From assembly GCA_965205015.1 (NCBI GenBank), contig OZ242029.1, positions 1,152,001 to 1,216,000 of the forward strand: a stretch of DNA of 64,000 bases, written 5' to 3'. The first letter of the stretch is position 1, and each line of letters begins with the position of its first letter. Below, piece after piece: positions 1 to 11,056 of this stretch. The position numbers were made by a program, and so were the translations under genes. The notes under the pieces are model-generated. The model made no database searches. It worked only from the letters and a program-made list of their open reading frames with translations, and was not told the origin of the DNA. This stretch comes from Candidatus Poribacteria bacterium. GTDB taxonomy: Bacteria > Poribacteria > WGA-4E > WGA-3G.

Positions 1-619
1 TGTCGGTATGTCCTTCAACCCGTACCGCATAGTCAGCATAATTCGTATTGAGCAGTACCTCCACAGCAATCGCGTCAAGAAGTGCCTTTCCCTCTGTGCT
101 CAGGATCGCACTGCCTGTCTCAAACAGAATTTTCCCTTTAACGTCAAGCCTCAACCGTCCTGCGTCGTCTAATACTGCCCCGACTGTATCTTTAAATTTC
201 TCTTGGATCGCCGCAATTGAACGTTGCGACTGGACCCGAATCCGCTGTAATTCCGATTCAATTTCGGTCAGCTTTGCGCGGAGACCCTCTTTTTCGCGTT
301 CAAGGGCATCTTTATCCTGTTGGAGCGCGTTCCGTTCGGCGGCAATTTTCCGAGCAGCTTCGCTGGCGTTTTGCAATATTTCCTGTGTTTGGTTGAGCTC
401 TGAACGCGTTGCTTCCAGCATGGTTTGGATTTCAGTTAACTTCTTTTCTAAATCGGTTTTAGCCGTCTCAGTTCTCCGCAATGCGGCTTCGGTAGCAGTC
501 AATTCCGCCTGTGTCTGTTTGAGTGTGCCGGAAGTTGAAGAGAGTATTACCGCCAAAACGATAGCAGCGATAGCAACAATACAGATAGATAGGATTGCAA
601 GAATTTTTTGTTTAGACAT
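1..619 (-). CDS. OmpA/MotB-family membrane-anchored protein, truncated by window edge
   Basis: Manual translation from ATG at 619: MSKQKILAILSICIVAIAAIVLAVIL (TM), long coiled coil, then ILFETGSAILS...VRVEGHTD (OmpA-like peptidoglycan-binding motif). Absent from the ORF track because it runs off the edge. Confidence 0.8.
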   Translation of the reverse strand, partial: MSKQKILAILSICIVAIAAIVLAVILSSTSGTLKQTQAELTATEAALRRTETAKTDLEKKLTEIQTMLEATRSELNQTQEILQNASEAARKIAAERNALQQDKDALEREKEGLRAKLTEIESELQRIRVQSQRSIAAIQEKFKDTVGAVLDDAGRLRLDVKGKILFETGSAILSTEGKALLDAIAVEVLLNTNYADYAVRVEGHTD

Positions 620-971
620 TTAACTCTCCTTGTAAACTAAGGATCGCCTCGAAGTTGTCATTTTTCGATGTTTTGTTTTTCTTTTCTATACCACACGTTG
701 TGCAGCGGTGCGTAAGGATATAATCGCCATGTTTTACAGTAAAGCCTATCGGTTCCATCAAGCCGCGACAGGACGCTGAGCGGTCGCCGGGATTTATATC
801 AACATGCCGACTCCAGAGGCATTCCGGACAGTGATTGGTATAGCCATCTCCCTTGACAGCAGCCCCACACTGCGCACAGGTGAAATCTTCAATGTGGCGT
901 TGGAATTTTTTGTTCAAGTGGAATCCTCCAGCACTTGCTTTTTCGCTACCACTGTCGTCTTTATTAGGCAT
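612..971 (-). CDS. RNHCP domain-containing zinc-binding protein
   Basis: FTCAQCG...YTNHCPECLWSRHVD..PGDR...CRGLMEP...HRCTTCG pattern. Confidence 0.85.
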   Translation of the reverse strand: MPNKDDSGSEKASAGGFHLNKKFQRHIEDFTCAQCGAAVKGDGYTNHCPECLWSRHVDINPGDRSASCRGLMEPIGFTVKHGDYILTHRCTTCGIEKKNKTSKNDNFEAILSLQGELNV

Positions 972-3057
972 CTATGAAGGGCTTCACGTCCCAGAGTAGG
1001 ATAGTGCCGTCAAAACCACCGCTCGCCAGCATCGTGCCATCGGGCGAAAAGGCGAGTGATTGCACATCTGTTGTATGTCCCCAGAAAGTATGGATATTCT
1101 CACCGGTAGCAACATCCCATAAACGGATTGCCATTTTTTCCATCCCTTTCTGCCACCAAGTCCCCGATGCGAGATATCTGCCACACGTCGAAAAGGCAAG
1201 CGCATACGTCCGTTGGGTGTCTTCAGATTGTGGTATTACGCGTAACGTTGTCAGTTGCTCAGCACACCACAAGCGAATTTCGTTATCCATTCCGCCGGCA
1301 ATTATCCTGCCACATGGTGAGAACGCTATCTCCATAATTACACGGGGCTCATCCAAGGGCAGTGTCGTAATTTGTTCGCCTGACTCAACATTCCACAGGC
1401 GAGTGATACCGTCGCGCGCCCCGCTCACCAATCGCTTTCCATCCGGCGAAAACGCCAACGCTTCAACATAATCTGTATGTCCCGAGAGCAGTGTTGGGCT
1501 CTCTGGGTTCTGAAAGTTCCATACATAGACCGTGCCTTCTCTACTCCCAGCTGCAACCCGATCCCCTGTGGGAGCGAACGCCTCGTGGCGCACCCAATCC
1601 GAGGGTTCCTTAGGAGCCGTAAACTCAGCAATAGGTTCGTCGGGTTTGTCGATATCCCATACCTTAGTCTTGTTGCGGAGGTTGGTACCCAGTATCTTTC
1701 CACAGGGCAAAACAGTGTAGGTATGAATATACTCATTTTTCAGTAATGTTTCCCGTGTATGCTTCTGGGCAACATCCCATAACGCAATACCTGGATAATC
1801 GCGGGTGCTTGCGAGCGTTTGGTTATCCAACCAAGCCACCTTCGGATAGGGCCACGGGAAATGCGGTTCACAAAGCGTTGGAAATGTTTGTATTTTGCCA
1901 TCCGTCCGTTTGCTGGACAGGGCATAAGCAATAACCAACTGCGGACATCTGAAAAACCATTTCGCGCCAACGCTCCCTATCAAAAGCTGAATCGTTTGCA
2001 ATTTTGCACGGGGTTCTACACTCCAAATGTCAATGGTTGCAGTAGCCTGCTCATAGTCATAGAAAAACGTAGCCGTCAATAGCTGCCCGTCCGGTGAGTA
2101 GAATAGAAGTCCCCAATCTGTTCCAGAACTGATATAAACTTTCTTTTCCGCTCCGTTTGTGATGTCCCACACGCGCAGGCTTTTATCTCTACTACTCGAT
2201 ACAAGAAATTCGCCACACGGCGAAAAGGTTATATCATCCACCCAATCCGTATGCGCTGAGAAGTGCAAGGTTCGTTCACCGGTTGTCACATCCCATACCG
2301 AAACGCAGCGGTCAACACGATCAGTATTCCCAGAGGTTTCATCAGCAGCTGCCCCCACCAGTAGGCGACTATCTGGAGAGAAGGCGAAATTCCTACCCGC
2401 AAACTTGATAATTACCTCACCTGTCTCTGGATGCCAGACGTAAGTTTGTGTGCCTTCCGTATCAGGATTCAGGACTTGACCGTCGTTTGAATAAAGTTCA
2501 GGATTGCCCGCTGTGGCGGCAAGGTATCTACCATCCGGCGAAAATTCGAGTTGGTGAATATCGTTCGATTGGAATTCATGCGCGCCTCGGTCCATCTGTG
2601 CAACGCATTCACCGCTATGGATATCCAATACCTTCACAACCCCATTCATCCCTGCAATGGCAATCCACTTGCCGTTCGATGAGCACGCAAGTCCACCAAA
2701 AGCATCTTGACCTTCTATCTGGGTAACGCACTCCCCACTCTGAACATCCAGCACTTTCGTGACATCATCCGCAGTATCAATGATAATCCATTTGCCATCA
2801 TGAGAAAAATCGATGGAGTTAACCACTCCCCTTTTCGTTTCCCACAATGAAATCGGAGACATCGACGCTACGTCATACCACCAAAGCCCCATGCCGGTTC
2901 CAACAGCGAAATAGGTGCTGTCTGGAGATACCTTAACATCTCCCTGATCCAGGTCCCCTTTTCCAAATCGAGCGATCGCCCCTTCTGGCAATGCCCACGT
3001 TGTTCCTATGGTATCTTCTGGTACTACATTGAACGGTGCTGGTTTTCGGTTTTGCAT
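964..3057 (-). CDS. WD40 repeat protein
   Basis: Multiple GH...AFSPDG...WD repeats; N-terminal LPEGAIARFGKG motif. Confidence 0.9.
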   Translation of the reverse strand: MQNRKPAPFNVVPEDTIGTTWALPEGAIARFGKGDLDQGDVKVSPDSTYFAVGTGMGLWWYDVASMSPISLWETKRGVVNSIDFSHDGKWIIIDTADDVTKVLDVQSGECVTQIEGQDAFGGLACSSNGKWIAIAGMNGVVKVLDIHSGECVAQMDRGAHEFQSNDIHQLEFSPDGRYLAATAGNPELYSNDGQVLNPDTEGTQTYVWHPETGEVIIKFAGRNFAFSPDSRLLVGAAADETSGNTDRVDRCVSVWDVTTGERTLHFSAHTDWVDDITFSPCGEFLVSSSRDKSLRVWDITNGAEKKVYISSGTDWGLLFYSPDGQLLTATFFYDYEQATATIDIWSVEPRAKLQTIQLLIGSVGAKWFFRCPQLVIAYALSSKRTDGKIQTFPTLCEPHFPWPYPKVAWLDNQTLASTRDYPGIALWDVAQKHTRETLLKNEYIHTYTVLPCGKILGTNLRNKTKVWDIDKPDEPIAEFTAPKEPSDWVRHEAFAPTGDRVAAGSREGTVYVWNFQNPESPTLLSGHTDYVEALAFSPDGKRLVSGARDGITRLWNVESGEQITTLPLDEPRVIMEIAFSPCGRIIAGGMDNEIRLWCAEQLTTLRVIPQSEDTQRTYALAFSTCGRYLASGTWWQKGMEKMAIRLWDVATGENIHTFWGHTTDVQSLAFSPDGTMLASGGFDGTILLWDVKPFIDA

Positions 3058-3061
3058 TGTA

Positions 3062-4300
3062 TTACAGTTCCGCGCGGGTCATGAAGGTTGCGTAGATAGC
3101 GGAGGTTCTGACCAGATCGGGGATATGCACGCGCTCATTGATGGCATGTCCGCCCTCACCTCGCGGTCCGTAGCCAACGCCCGGTAAGCCTGTATTGACG
3201 AAATAGTGTAAGTCTGTAAACCCTGTCGTGCCTTTAAATCTCGGTCGATTGAAACGGACAATGCGCACCGCGTCAGCGAACGCCTGTGCTATCGGCGATG
3301 CGGTATCCGTCAAACACGGCTCAATCCGCAAGATGGCTCGCGCTTCTGCAACCAAATCCGGATAATATTGACACGCCCCGGAAATTGCCTCCCGCAATTC
3401 GAGCTCGGCAAATTCGAGTTCCTCGTTCGGCGTAATCCGCCGATCAATTGAGAACGTGAGGCGCGCCGGAACGGTGTTGACCTTATCACCATCGGTTCCG
3501 CGGAACGTTCCACCGATGTTTAATGTTGGATAACGGTCACTACCATCAGTGAGTTTAAATGCGCGCTCTGGCGACTTCAAATTCCGCTTAACCCGTTGTA
3601 AGGCTGTCACGAGTTCAGCAGCCTTCTCAAAGGCGTTTATCCCCTTATCCGGCTGTGCGCCGTGCGCCGCTTTGCCCTGGACTTCAACCTCTAACCAGAG
3701 GACCCCGTTATGCCCGTTGCCGATGTTCATCTCGGAACCGCCTTCGCAATTGACGACGTAGTCGGCATGAACCAACCCTTCCTCGACAATATACCCGGCG
3801 CCTAACTCTCCGCCGGTTTCTTCATCACACGTGAAAGAGCACTCAATGTTGAACTTCGGTTCGATGCCGGTCTCTTGAACAGCCTGAATTGCAAACAGAA
3901 GCGCAGCAATGGCATCCTTCATATCGTCGGATCCGCGCCCGTATAGCCACTCGCCCTCAATCTCGCCACTGAATGGATCGTCGAAACGCCATTCTCCTGC
4001 AACGGGGACCACATCGTAGTGTGCGTTGAAATGGACCGTTTTCTCTGCCCCGACATCCCAACGTGCAATGAGGTTCAGTCGCGGATGACTTTCGGCATTC
4101 GGGATAACCTGTTCAGCACGCTCAGTGGGGACATTGGCAATCCGTGTCTGCATTCCCAACGCCTGACACTTCGCCTCCAGCAGTCCAACAATTTCGGCAT
4201 AATTTTCGCCGGGTGGGTTGACAGTCGGAATCCTGACGAGTTCCTGAAGCAATGCACACAGCGCGGCTTGATTGTCCTTAATATAGGTTTGAACGGACAT
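3062..4300 (-). CDS. M20 family metallopeptidase (ArgE/DapE-like deacylase)
   Basis: HYDVVP, GRGSDDMK, DEETGG, GKAAHG and H-A-I-N-E motifs. Confidence 0.9.
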   Translation of the reverse strand: MSVQTYIKDNQAALCALLQELVRIPTVNPPGENYAEIVGLLEAKCQALGMQTRIANVPTERAEQVIPNAESHPRLNLIARWDVGAEKTVHFNAHYDVVPVAGEWRFDDPFSGEIEGEWLYGRGSDDMKDAIAALLFAIQAVQETGIEPKFNIECSFTCDEETGGELGAGYIVEEGLVHADYVVNCEGGSEMNIGNGHNGVLWLEVEVQGKAAHGAQPDKGINAFEKAAELVTALQRVKRNLKSPERAFKLTDGSDRYPTLNIGGTFRGTDGDKVNTVPARLTFSIDRRITPNEELEFAELELREAISGACQYYPDLVAEARAILRIEPCLTDTASPIAQAFADAVRIVRFNRPRFKGTTGFTDLHYFVNTGLPGVGYGPRGEGGHAINERVHIPDLVRTSAIYATFMTRAEL

Positions 4301-4321
4301 TTTAGGTCTCCTCAGTCGTTG

Positions 4322-4735
4322 TCATTTAACAACCGCCTGATCGCCCGCTGACAAATGTTCCACGGTTTCGCCTGTCTCTGTAAAGGTGCGGGTCACACTG
4401 ACAGACGCATAGGTCCATAGGATTTTCATGGGTGCATCGCTTTCATTCCAAAACCGATGCGGGATACCCGCTGGAACAAAGGTCGTGTCAAAGGCTTTCA
4501 TGGCGAAGACTTCACCATCAACCTCGCAGGCGGCTTCGCCTTCAAGAATCGTAACCGATTCATCGCAGTTGTGATAGTGGCGTGCGATTGCTGCGCCCGG
4601 GTCAAACATTGTCACGCCGTTGGTAAGTGACGTGGAATCGATCCATTTACCGGCTAACGGGACGGTTTTCACACCGGTTCCCCGGTCAATAGGGTTTTGC
4701 TTCGCAAAGTCGATGATATGTGCTTTTGTGCTCAT
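4322..4735 (-). CDS. Cupin domain protein
   Basis: HYHNCDESVTILEG...VPAGIPHRFWN cupin motifs; start moved to MSTKAH. Confidence 0.85.
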   Translation of the reverse strand: MSTKAHIIDFAKQNPIDRGTGVKTVPLAGKWIDSTSLTNGVTMFDPGAAIARHYHNCDESVTILEGEAACEVDGEVFAMKAFDTTFVPAGIPHRFWNESDAPMKILWTYASVSVTRTFTETGETVEHLSAGDQAVVK

Positions 4736-4834
4736 GGATAATGCGTCTCTCTTTGTTAAGATTTGCCACAGTTTAGCACGAAGGCAGAAAAATTTCAAGA
4801 GATGAAAGTAAACCCTTTAAGTGAGATGTGTAGG

Positions 4835-4890
4835 GTGCCAGTTGTCTGAATCGCGGATTATCACGGATTGCGCGGATTACGCGGATTGGA
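4835..4890 (+). repeat. TGTCTGAATC-(GGATT)n intergenic repeat; related copies near 10133-10190 and 46228-46270
   Basis: tgtctgaatcgcggattatcacggattgcgcggattacgcggattgg; the same TGTCTGAATC head followed by GGAT repeats recurs at two other gene ends. Confidence 0.55.
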
Positions 4891-4941
4891 AGAGATTTTG
4901 GGACTGCTCGGCGTGACTTGAAACTGCTACTTCAATGAAAT

Positions 4942-6108
4942 TTAGGAAAGGACTGCCGCAAATGCGTCAATAGCACATTGGATCTCTGCTTCGGTATGTG
5001 TTGCCATGACGGTTAGCCTTAAACGACTTGTGTCTGGCGGTACTGCTGGCGGACGGATCGCTGGCGCGAACACACCCTCGGCAAATAATGCATCCGCAAT
5101 ACCTGTTGTCCGTTGCGGACTGCCCAATACGACGGGAAGAATCTGGGTTTCACTCGGTAGTAGGGTGTACCCCAAATCAGTCAAGGCAGTTTTGAGACAT
5201 CTCGCATTCGAGAATAGACGTTGCTGCAGTTCAGGCGACGCGCGAATTACATCCAGTGCAGCAGTTGCTGCTGCCAACGTTGCCGGTGGCAGTCCTGTCG
5301 TGAAAATAAAGGCGCGCGCCTTGTTAATGAGCAACTCAATCAGTGCGCGACTCCCCGCAATATATCCACCGAGCGCGCCAACTGCTTTGCTGAGGGTGCC
5401 CATCTGAATAATATTTGTCCGTTCCAGTCCAAAATGCGCAACAGTGCCGCTTCCGTTTTTCCCTAACACGCCAAACCCGTGAGCGTCATCTACCAGCACC
5501 ATTGCCGCATATTCTGCAGCGAGGGCGCAAATATCGGGCAGGGGGGCAATATCTCCGTCCATGCTGAAAACACCGTCCGTCACGATGAGTCGTCGCCGAA
5601 ATGTGTGGGATTCTGATAGCAACGTTTTGAGGTGTTCCACATCGCAGTGATGATAGACTTTTTTGGTAGCGCGACTCAGACGGCATCCATCTATGATACT
5701 GGCGTGATTGAGGGCATCACTTAAGATGAGATCCGCTTCCCCTGCAAGCACGGGAATCACACTCGTATTGACGGCATAGCCGGAACTGAAGACAAGTGCT
5801 GCTTCGGTCCCTTTTGCCTTCGCAAGATTCGTTTCCAAAGTTGCGTAGAGTTCGCTATTTCCTGAAATGAGGCGTGAACCGCTTGCCCCCGTGCCAAAAA
5901 CTTGCGTTGCTTCAACAGCGGCACCGATAACCTTGGGGTGCGTGCTTAATCCTAAATAGTTGTTTGAACCGAGCAATACAACATCGCGCGCATCAAGATT
6001 AATTGTCCCTGTTGGAGCACTCATGACGGTACGGAGGTGGCGTCGTAAGCCCGCTTGCTCCAGTGCTTCACGTTCTGTGTCGAACCAATCGTAATTATGC
6101 ATCATCAA
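4942..6108 (-). CDS. bioF: 8-amino-7-oxononanoate synthase
   Basis: SNNYLGL, GASGSRLISG, DALNHASIIDG, DGVFSMDGD, DDAHG, GTLSKA (PLP lysine). Confidence 0.9.
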   Translation of the reverse strand: MMMHNYDWFDTEREALEQAGLRRHLRTVMSAPTGTINLDARDVVLLGSNNYLGLSTHPKVIGAAVEATQVFGTGASGSRLISGNSELYATLETNLAKAKGTEAALVFSSGYAVNTSVIPVLAGEADLILSDALNHASIIDGCRLSRATKKVYHHCDVEHLKTLLSESHTFRRRLIVTDGVFSMDGDIAPLPDICALAAEYAAMVLVDDAHGFGVLGKNGSGTVAHFGLERTNIIQMGTLSKAVGALGGYIAGSRALIELLINKARAFIFTTGLPPATLAAATAALDVIRASPELQQRLFSNARCLKTALTDLGYTLLPSETQILPVVLGSPQRTTGIADALFAEGVFAPAIRPPAVPPDTSRLRLTVMATHTEAEIQCAIDAFAAVLS

Positions 6109-6205
6109 AGAAGATTAAAAAGTAAGAGGGTAATTTCATAGGTGTGCAATTCATAGTTACGGCACGCGGAGCGTGCCTACTACTTTTAATCCCGCCCGTG
6201 GTAGG

Positions 6206-7120
6206 CTATCCCATGAACTGTCTCAGGAAGATATGGCTTTGGTTCAAAGCGCGCCGCCGCATCTCCAACGTCTCCTCATAAGCTCGATCCTCTACCTCGA
6301 CACAAACTGCCCCGTCATAGCCGGTATCGCTCAAGACAGAGAAGAAGCTGCCCCAATCGACATCTCCTAATCCCGGCAGTTTCGGCGTATGATACGATAA
6401 AGGTGTTGCGAGGATGCCCACCTCGTCAAGTTTCGCTCTATCTAATCGGGCATCTTTGGCATGGACATGGAAGATTCGATCGGCAAAAGTGACAAGTGGC
6501 TTCAGGTAGTCCATCTGGAGCCAGATACAATGGGAGGGATCGAAGTTGAGTCCGAAATTCGGGGCGGGAATCTCCTCAAACATCCGTTCCCAAACTTCGG
6601 GACAATAGGCGAGGTTTTGCCCAGCGGGCCATTCGTCTTCGGTGAAAAACATCGGACAATTTTCAATCCCGATGCGGATACCGCGGTCGGCGGCGAATTG
6701 GATTAAGGGTTTCCATACCTGTTTAAATCGGGACCAATTCTCATCTATCGTGCGCGTTTGATCTCTGCCGATAAATGTATTCACGATGTCCACCGACAGA
6801 CGTTCCGCCGCCAGAATCAGTTTTTTGAGATGTTCACTATAGATAGCGGCTTCCGCCTCGTCAGATGTCAGTGGATTGGGATAGTAGCCTAATCCGCTGA
6901 TGGTTATCCCTGCATCCGAGACGCATTGTAGGATTTCATCTGCTTCCTTTTCGGAAAGTCCCGCTACATCAACGTGCGTAACACCGGCGTAACGGCGTTC
7001 TGCTTTTCCCTTGGGCCAACACATCAATTCGACACAATCATAGCCGGTATTCGCCGCGAACTGGACAACCTCTGTCAATGTCTGCTCCGGTAAAATAGCA
7101 CTCACAAATCCGAGTTTCAT
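6206..7120 (-). CDS. Sugar phosphate isomerase/epimerase (xylose isomerase-like TIM barrel)
   Basis: [31 protein letters not shown] motifs. Confidence 0.88.
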   Translation of the reverse strand: MKLGFVSAILPEQTLTEVVQFAANTGYDCVELMCWPKGKAERRYAGVTHVDVAGLSEKEADEILQCVSDAGITISGLGYYPNPLTSDEAEAAIYSEHLKKLILAAERLSVDIVNTFIGRDQTRTIDENWSRFKQVWKPLIQFAADRGIRIGIENCPMFFTEDEWPAGQNLAYCPEVWERMFEEIPAPNFGLNFDPSHCIWLQMDYLKPLVTFADRIFHVHAKDARLDRAKLDEVGILATPLSYHTPKLPGLGDVDWGSFFSVLSDTGYDGAVCVEVEDRAYEETLEMRRRALNQSHIFLRQFMG

Positions 7121-7271
7121 TATCTAACCTCTGTTCCGTTTTTAGACATTTTACTATAGAAAGGTGCAGCTTGCAAGTGTATAGCTGTAAATGGGGTGGC
7201 AAAACCTCACCAGCGAAGTGGGAAACCAGGTGAAAAATGGAACATCGAATATCTGCGTCTGAAAAAAGCAT

Positions 7272-7300
7272 TTGACGAAAACTGAGGTCGCGTGTATAAT
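7272..7300 (+). promoter_or_regulatory. sigma70-like promoter for the PhyH operon
   Basis: TTGACG-N17-TATAAT with extended TG, about 65 bp upstream of the ATG at 7367. Confidence 0.65.
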
Positions 7301-7366
7301 TCACGCGCGAATGGACCGTTGGGCTTTTTAACATGCGTCAATTACAGATAGAGCAGAGAGGAACAC

Positions 7367-8191
7367 ATGACACCCAAACAGCGATACCTTTTTGATTTAA
7401 CGGGGTATATCCACCTCAAAAACGTCCTCAGCGATGAAGAATTGCAAAATGCCCAAGATGCGGTCGAACGGTGCGTCCAAACACCACAGGATGAACTTCC
7501 GCCCGGTATTAGTTACGGCGGTGGCGGTTATTCCAACGGTTTTTCGTTCGACAAATCGCTTGAGGCACTCACACTTCACCCGAAAACATGGCCCATTGTG
7601 AAGGAACTTACCGATGATAAGCCCCGTTTTAATCGAGGCAGCCTCGTTGCTAAGGGACCAGAACACGATCAGGTTATCGGAAAGTTGCACTGTGCCCGTG
7701 AAGATTGCGGATGGCAGACGCGCCGCCATCATGTTAAGGATGGAAAGGTTCACTGTAACGACTTCGTCGTCTTTTTCTATTTCACCGATGTCCATCCAGG
7801 CGATGGCGGCTTGGTTGTATTACCGGGTTCCCACAAAGCAAAATTTGAACGTCCCGAGGGACTCTTCTTCCCCGACCCGGAGAACCCATCCGATGCGCTC
7901 CATCCTGCGTTAGTTAACGTGACAGCGCGCGCTGGCGATGCCATTATCCTGTCCGAACTGCTGACACACGGGGTCCTCATCTGGAAACCGAAGGAGCGGT
8001 ATCGACGGTTTATCATCTTGCGTTACAAAACACAGTTCTTCCAAGACGATAGGGGACCCAGAGACCCGTTCCCGCCTGAAGTGATGGAACGCCTCTCTCC
8101 TGAAACGATTGAACTTGCGCAACCTGCATTTTATACGCATATCAAAGATATTGTCAAAAGCGAACATGTCCAGCTAACCCAACAGGAGTAA
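7367..8191 (+). CDS. Phytanoyl-CoA dioxygenase (PhyH) family protein
   Basis: FDLTGYIHLKNVLS, LHCARE, DGGLVVLPGSHK, AGDAIILSELLTHG. Confidence 0.85.
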   Translation: MTPKQRYLFDLTGYIHLKNVLSDEELQNAQDAVERCVQTPQDELPPGISYGGGGYSNGFSFDKSLEALTLHPKTWPIVKELTDDKPRFNRGSLVAKGPEHDQVIGKLHCAREDCGWQTRRHHVKDGKVHCNDFVVFFYFTDVHPGDGGLVVLPGSHKAKFERPEGLFFPDPENPSDALHPALVNVTARAGDAIILSELLTHGVLIWKPKERYRRFIILRYKTQFFQDDRGPRDPFPPEVMERLSPETIELAQPAFYTHIKDIVKSEHVQLTQQE

Positions 8192-8194
8192 AAA

Positions 8195-9034
8195 ATGACA
8201 CCAGAACAACGCTATCTGTTTGACGTTACAGGCTATTTACACATCGAGGGTGCCGTCAAAGGCGATGCCCTGAAGGAGGCACAGGAGGCTGTGGATCGAT
8301 ATATCCACATGCCGCTCGATGAACGTCCCGAAGGATTTACGACGCGACCTCGCGACTTAGAACCCGGCAAAGGTGGAAGATATGAACACGGATTCGCCTT
8401 TGATCGGTCGCTTGAGGCGATGACGGTGCATCCCGCTATCTGGCCCCTCATCAAAGAGTTTACCTTCGACCAACCCCGGTTTGTCACTGGCACGCTTACA
8501 CTCGAACAGCACAACCCGGACAGGCAACCGATGGGGACAAACCCGGCAGGTTTGCACTGCGCACGCGAGGGACGGCATTGGCTCACCCGCTACGAGGTTC
8601 AGAATAGCCAAATCTACTGCAACGATTTCGTGGCGTTCTTCTATTTAACAGATGTGCAGCCCGGCGATGGTGGGCTTATTGTTATTCCGGGTTCGCATAA
8701 GAGCAAATTCGAGAGACCTGAAGATCTTTTAACGCCGGGATCCGACGGCATTGACCCCGAACCGGATGACGTTTTTACGAATATCACACCCAAGGCAGGC
8801 GATTTTGTCGTCATTTCTGAACTGTTGACACACGGCGTTTTGCGGTGGAAACCGAAGGATCGCGATAGACGTTTCCTGATCCTCCGCTATCGTCCGCAAT
8901 ACGAGGGGAATCCGAGTCTGCCGGAGACAATCATCCATCGATTAACACCTGAAGTTCAGGAACTGGTGCAAACCGCGTCCTATGGACATACGAAAGAAGT
9001 TGTCAAACAAGATGTCGTAGAATTAACCGTTTAA
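8195..9034 (+). CDS. Phytanoyl-CoA dioxygenase (PhyH) family protein, tandem paralog
   Basis: Same motifs as the upstream gene (LHCARE, DGGLIVIPGSHK, SELLTHG). Confidence 0.85.
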   Translation: MTPEQRYLFDVTGYLHIEGAVKGDALKEAQEAVDRYIHMPLDERPEGFTTRPRDLEPGKGGRYEHGFAFDRSLEAMTVHPAIWPLIKEFTFDQPRFVTGTLTLEQHNPDRQPMGTNPAGLHCAREGRHWLTRYEVQNSQIYCNDFVAFFYLTDVQPGDGGLIVIPGSHKSKFERPEDLLTPGSDGIDPEPDDVFTNITPKAGDFVVISELLTHGVLRWKPKDRDRRFLILRYRPQYEGNPSLPETIIHRLTPEVQELVQTASYGHTKEVVKQDVVELTV

Positions 9035-9083
9035 GGGATTTCTAACAGGACCTGCTACGGGTCAAAACAAAGAGGAAAACCGA

Positions 9084-10127
9084 ATGGGAACGAGTCAATA
9101 TCGTGTTTGCATTGTTGGTTGTGGTAGAATGGGCGGCACAATTGATGAAGAGGTCCGTGCAACCCCCCATGGTGCGTTGCCCTACTCACACGCCGCAGGA
9201 TATACCGCTTTTGAGCGGACAGACATTGTCGCCGCCGCGGATGTCGTTGAAGAGAAGGCACAATACGTCTGCGATAAATGGAACATCCCGAAGTACTACT
9301 TAGACTATCAAGAGATGATTGTGGCGGAAAAACCGGATATTGTCAGTATCGCTACACGTCCAGGGAATCATGCCGACATCACGCAATTTGCGGCAGAAAA
9401 TGGTGTGAAGGGCATCTATTGCGATAAACCGCTCTGTGCTTCCATGGAAGAGGCGGATGCCATGGTAGAGGTGTGCGAAAAATATAACGTCAAGTTCAAT
9501 CTCGGCACGCAGCGTCGTTACACGCCGGGATATATCAAGATGCGCGAGATTCTCGAAAGTGGTGAACTTGGCGAAAGACGTTCTATCATCGCGTATAGCG
9601 GCGGTTCTGCGCTTTGGGGATATACGCACGCCGCGGATATGCTTCTCTTCTTGGCAAGCGACTCTCCAATAGAATACGTCCAAGGGAACGTCGCTGTTGA
9701 CGATGCCGATTTTGAAGACAATCGCACCGAAACCGATCCGGGTATTGTCATGGGATTTATCCGTTTCCAGAACGGTATTAACGGCATCAGCATCCCCGGC
9801 ACGGCTTACGAATTTGAGGTGAATTGTAGCGAAGGCACAATTCGTGCGCTCAATAATGGACTCGGCTTCCATCTCCGTAAACGGCAGGGACAGTTTAACG
9901 AGATTTTGGAAGCGCAATTCCCACCCTACGAACGCAAGAGCGGCACCGTCGGGTGCATTGAGGATATTGTTGAGGCGATTGAGACCGAAACCGAAACACA
10001 AGGGAACATCCACCTCGCACACCGAAGCACTGAGATGGTCTTCGCAATCGTTGATTCACAACGGCAGCAGGGTGTCCGAGTGCCGATGCCGATGGAAAAC
10101 CGAGGACTCTACCTCGGCAGGTGGTGA
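9084..10127 (+). CDS. Gfo/Idh/MocA family oxidoreductase
   Basis: IVGCGRMG Rossmann motif, YCDKP. Confidence 0.88.
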   Translation: MGTSQYRVCIVGCGRMGGTIDEEVRATPHGALPYSHAAGYTAFERTDIVAAADVVEEKAQYVCDKWNIPKYYLDYQEMIVAEKPDIVSIATRPGNHADITQFAAENGVKGIYCDKPLCASMEEADAMVEVCEKYNVKFNLGTQRRYTPGYIKMREILESGELGERRSIIAYSGGSALWGYTHAADMLLFLASDSPIEYVQGNVAVDDADFEDNRTETDPGIVMGFIRFQNGINGISIPGTAYEFEVNCSEGTIRALNNGLGFHLRKRQGQFNEILEAQFPPYERKSGTVGCIEDIVEAIETETETQGNIHLAHRSTEMVFAIVDSQRQQGVRVPMPMENRGLYLGRW

Positions 10128-10214
10128 TGCGACTGTCTGAATCAGCGCCCCTTATCAGGAGGACAGGATTTGAGGATGGGCAGGATTATCAGTGTTTGAA
10201 AATAGGGAGTTAAA

Positions 10215-10982
10215 TTGATGCTAAGAACACTTGGTGAGTTTACGAAGCAGACCTCTCTGAAATTGCTGATTATTGGCGTGGCGCTCCTGCTGAGTTACGC
10301 CATACATGCAGAAAATGCGCAGCGTCCAGCCAGTACGCGCTACGAACAGCGCACACCCAGTCGAGACGGTATCGGCAAATTTTACATGGGACGCGAAATC
10401 TCCCACGTAATGGGGCACCAAGGGGCAGAATGGTTGGAGCGCCCCGAACGTGAACGCGAAGAGATGCCGAACGTCCTCGTCAAACTGCTGAAACTCAAAG
10501 AAGGAGATGTCGTGGCGGATATCGGTGTCGGTACAGGTTATATCGCTCGCCGCATCTCTCCGAAAATCGGGGAGACAGGTACTGTTTACGGTGTTGACAT
10601 TCAGCAGGAGATGCTCGACCTCCTTGATGAGAAAATGGCAGAGGTAGGTATCACAAATGTCAAGGGGGTATTGGGTACTATTACCGACCCGAAATTGCCG
10701 CCGGAATCGGTAGACGTGGCGATTATGGTGGATGTCTACCACGAGTTTTCACATCCGTATGAGATGATGCAGAATATCTGTCGCGGTCTCAAAATGGGCG
10801 GTCGGGTCGTTTTTGTGGAATATCGTGCGGAAGACCGGCGTGTTCCGATTAAACGTTTGCACAAGATGAGCGAGTTACAGGTGATTAAAGAGGCGACACC
10901 GCACCCGCTTGTGTGGGTAGAAACGCTCGATGACTTGCCGTGGCAGCATGTTATCATTTTTGAGAAGATTGCGGCACAGTAA
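10215..10982 (+). CDS. Class I SAM-dependent methyltransferase with signal peptide
   Basis: VVADIGVGTGY, VYGVDIQ, VDVYHE. Confidence 0.88.
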   Translation: MMLRTLGEFTKQTSLKLLIIGVALLLSYAIHAENAQRPASTRYEQRTPSRDGIGKFYMGREISHVMGHQGAEWLERPEREREEMPNVLVKLLKLKEGDVVADIGVGTGYIARRISPKIGETGTVYGVDIQQEMLDLLDEKMAEVGITNVKGVLGTITDPKLPPESVDVAIMVDVYHEFSHPYEMMQNICRGLKMGGRVVFVEYRAEDRRVPIKRLHKMSELQVIKEATPHPLVWVETLDDLPWQHVIIFEKIAAQ

Positions 10983-11027
10983 GATGTCTCCTTACAAACA
11001 TGATTCCAACAATCCAGCGGGAAACGT

Positions 11028-11056
11028 TTGACAAAAACGCAACCTTATCGTAAAAT
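11028..11056 (+). promoter_or_regulatory. sigma70-like promoter
   Basis: TTGACA-N17-TAAAAT upstream of the PSD1/DUF1501 pair. Confidence 0.6.

Noticed and set aside
48-623. 191-aa plus-strand ORF
   Set aside because: Antisense shadow of the OmpA/MotB-like gene on the minus strand.
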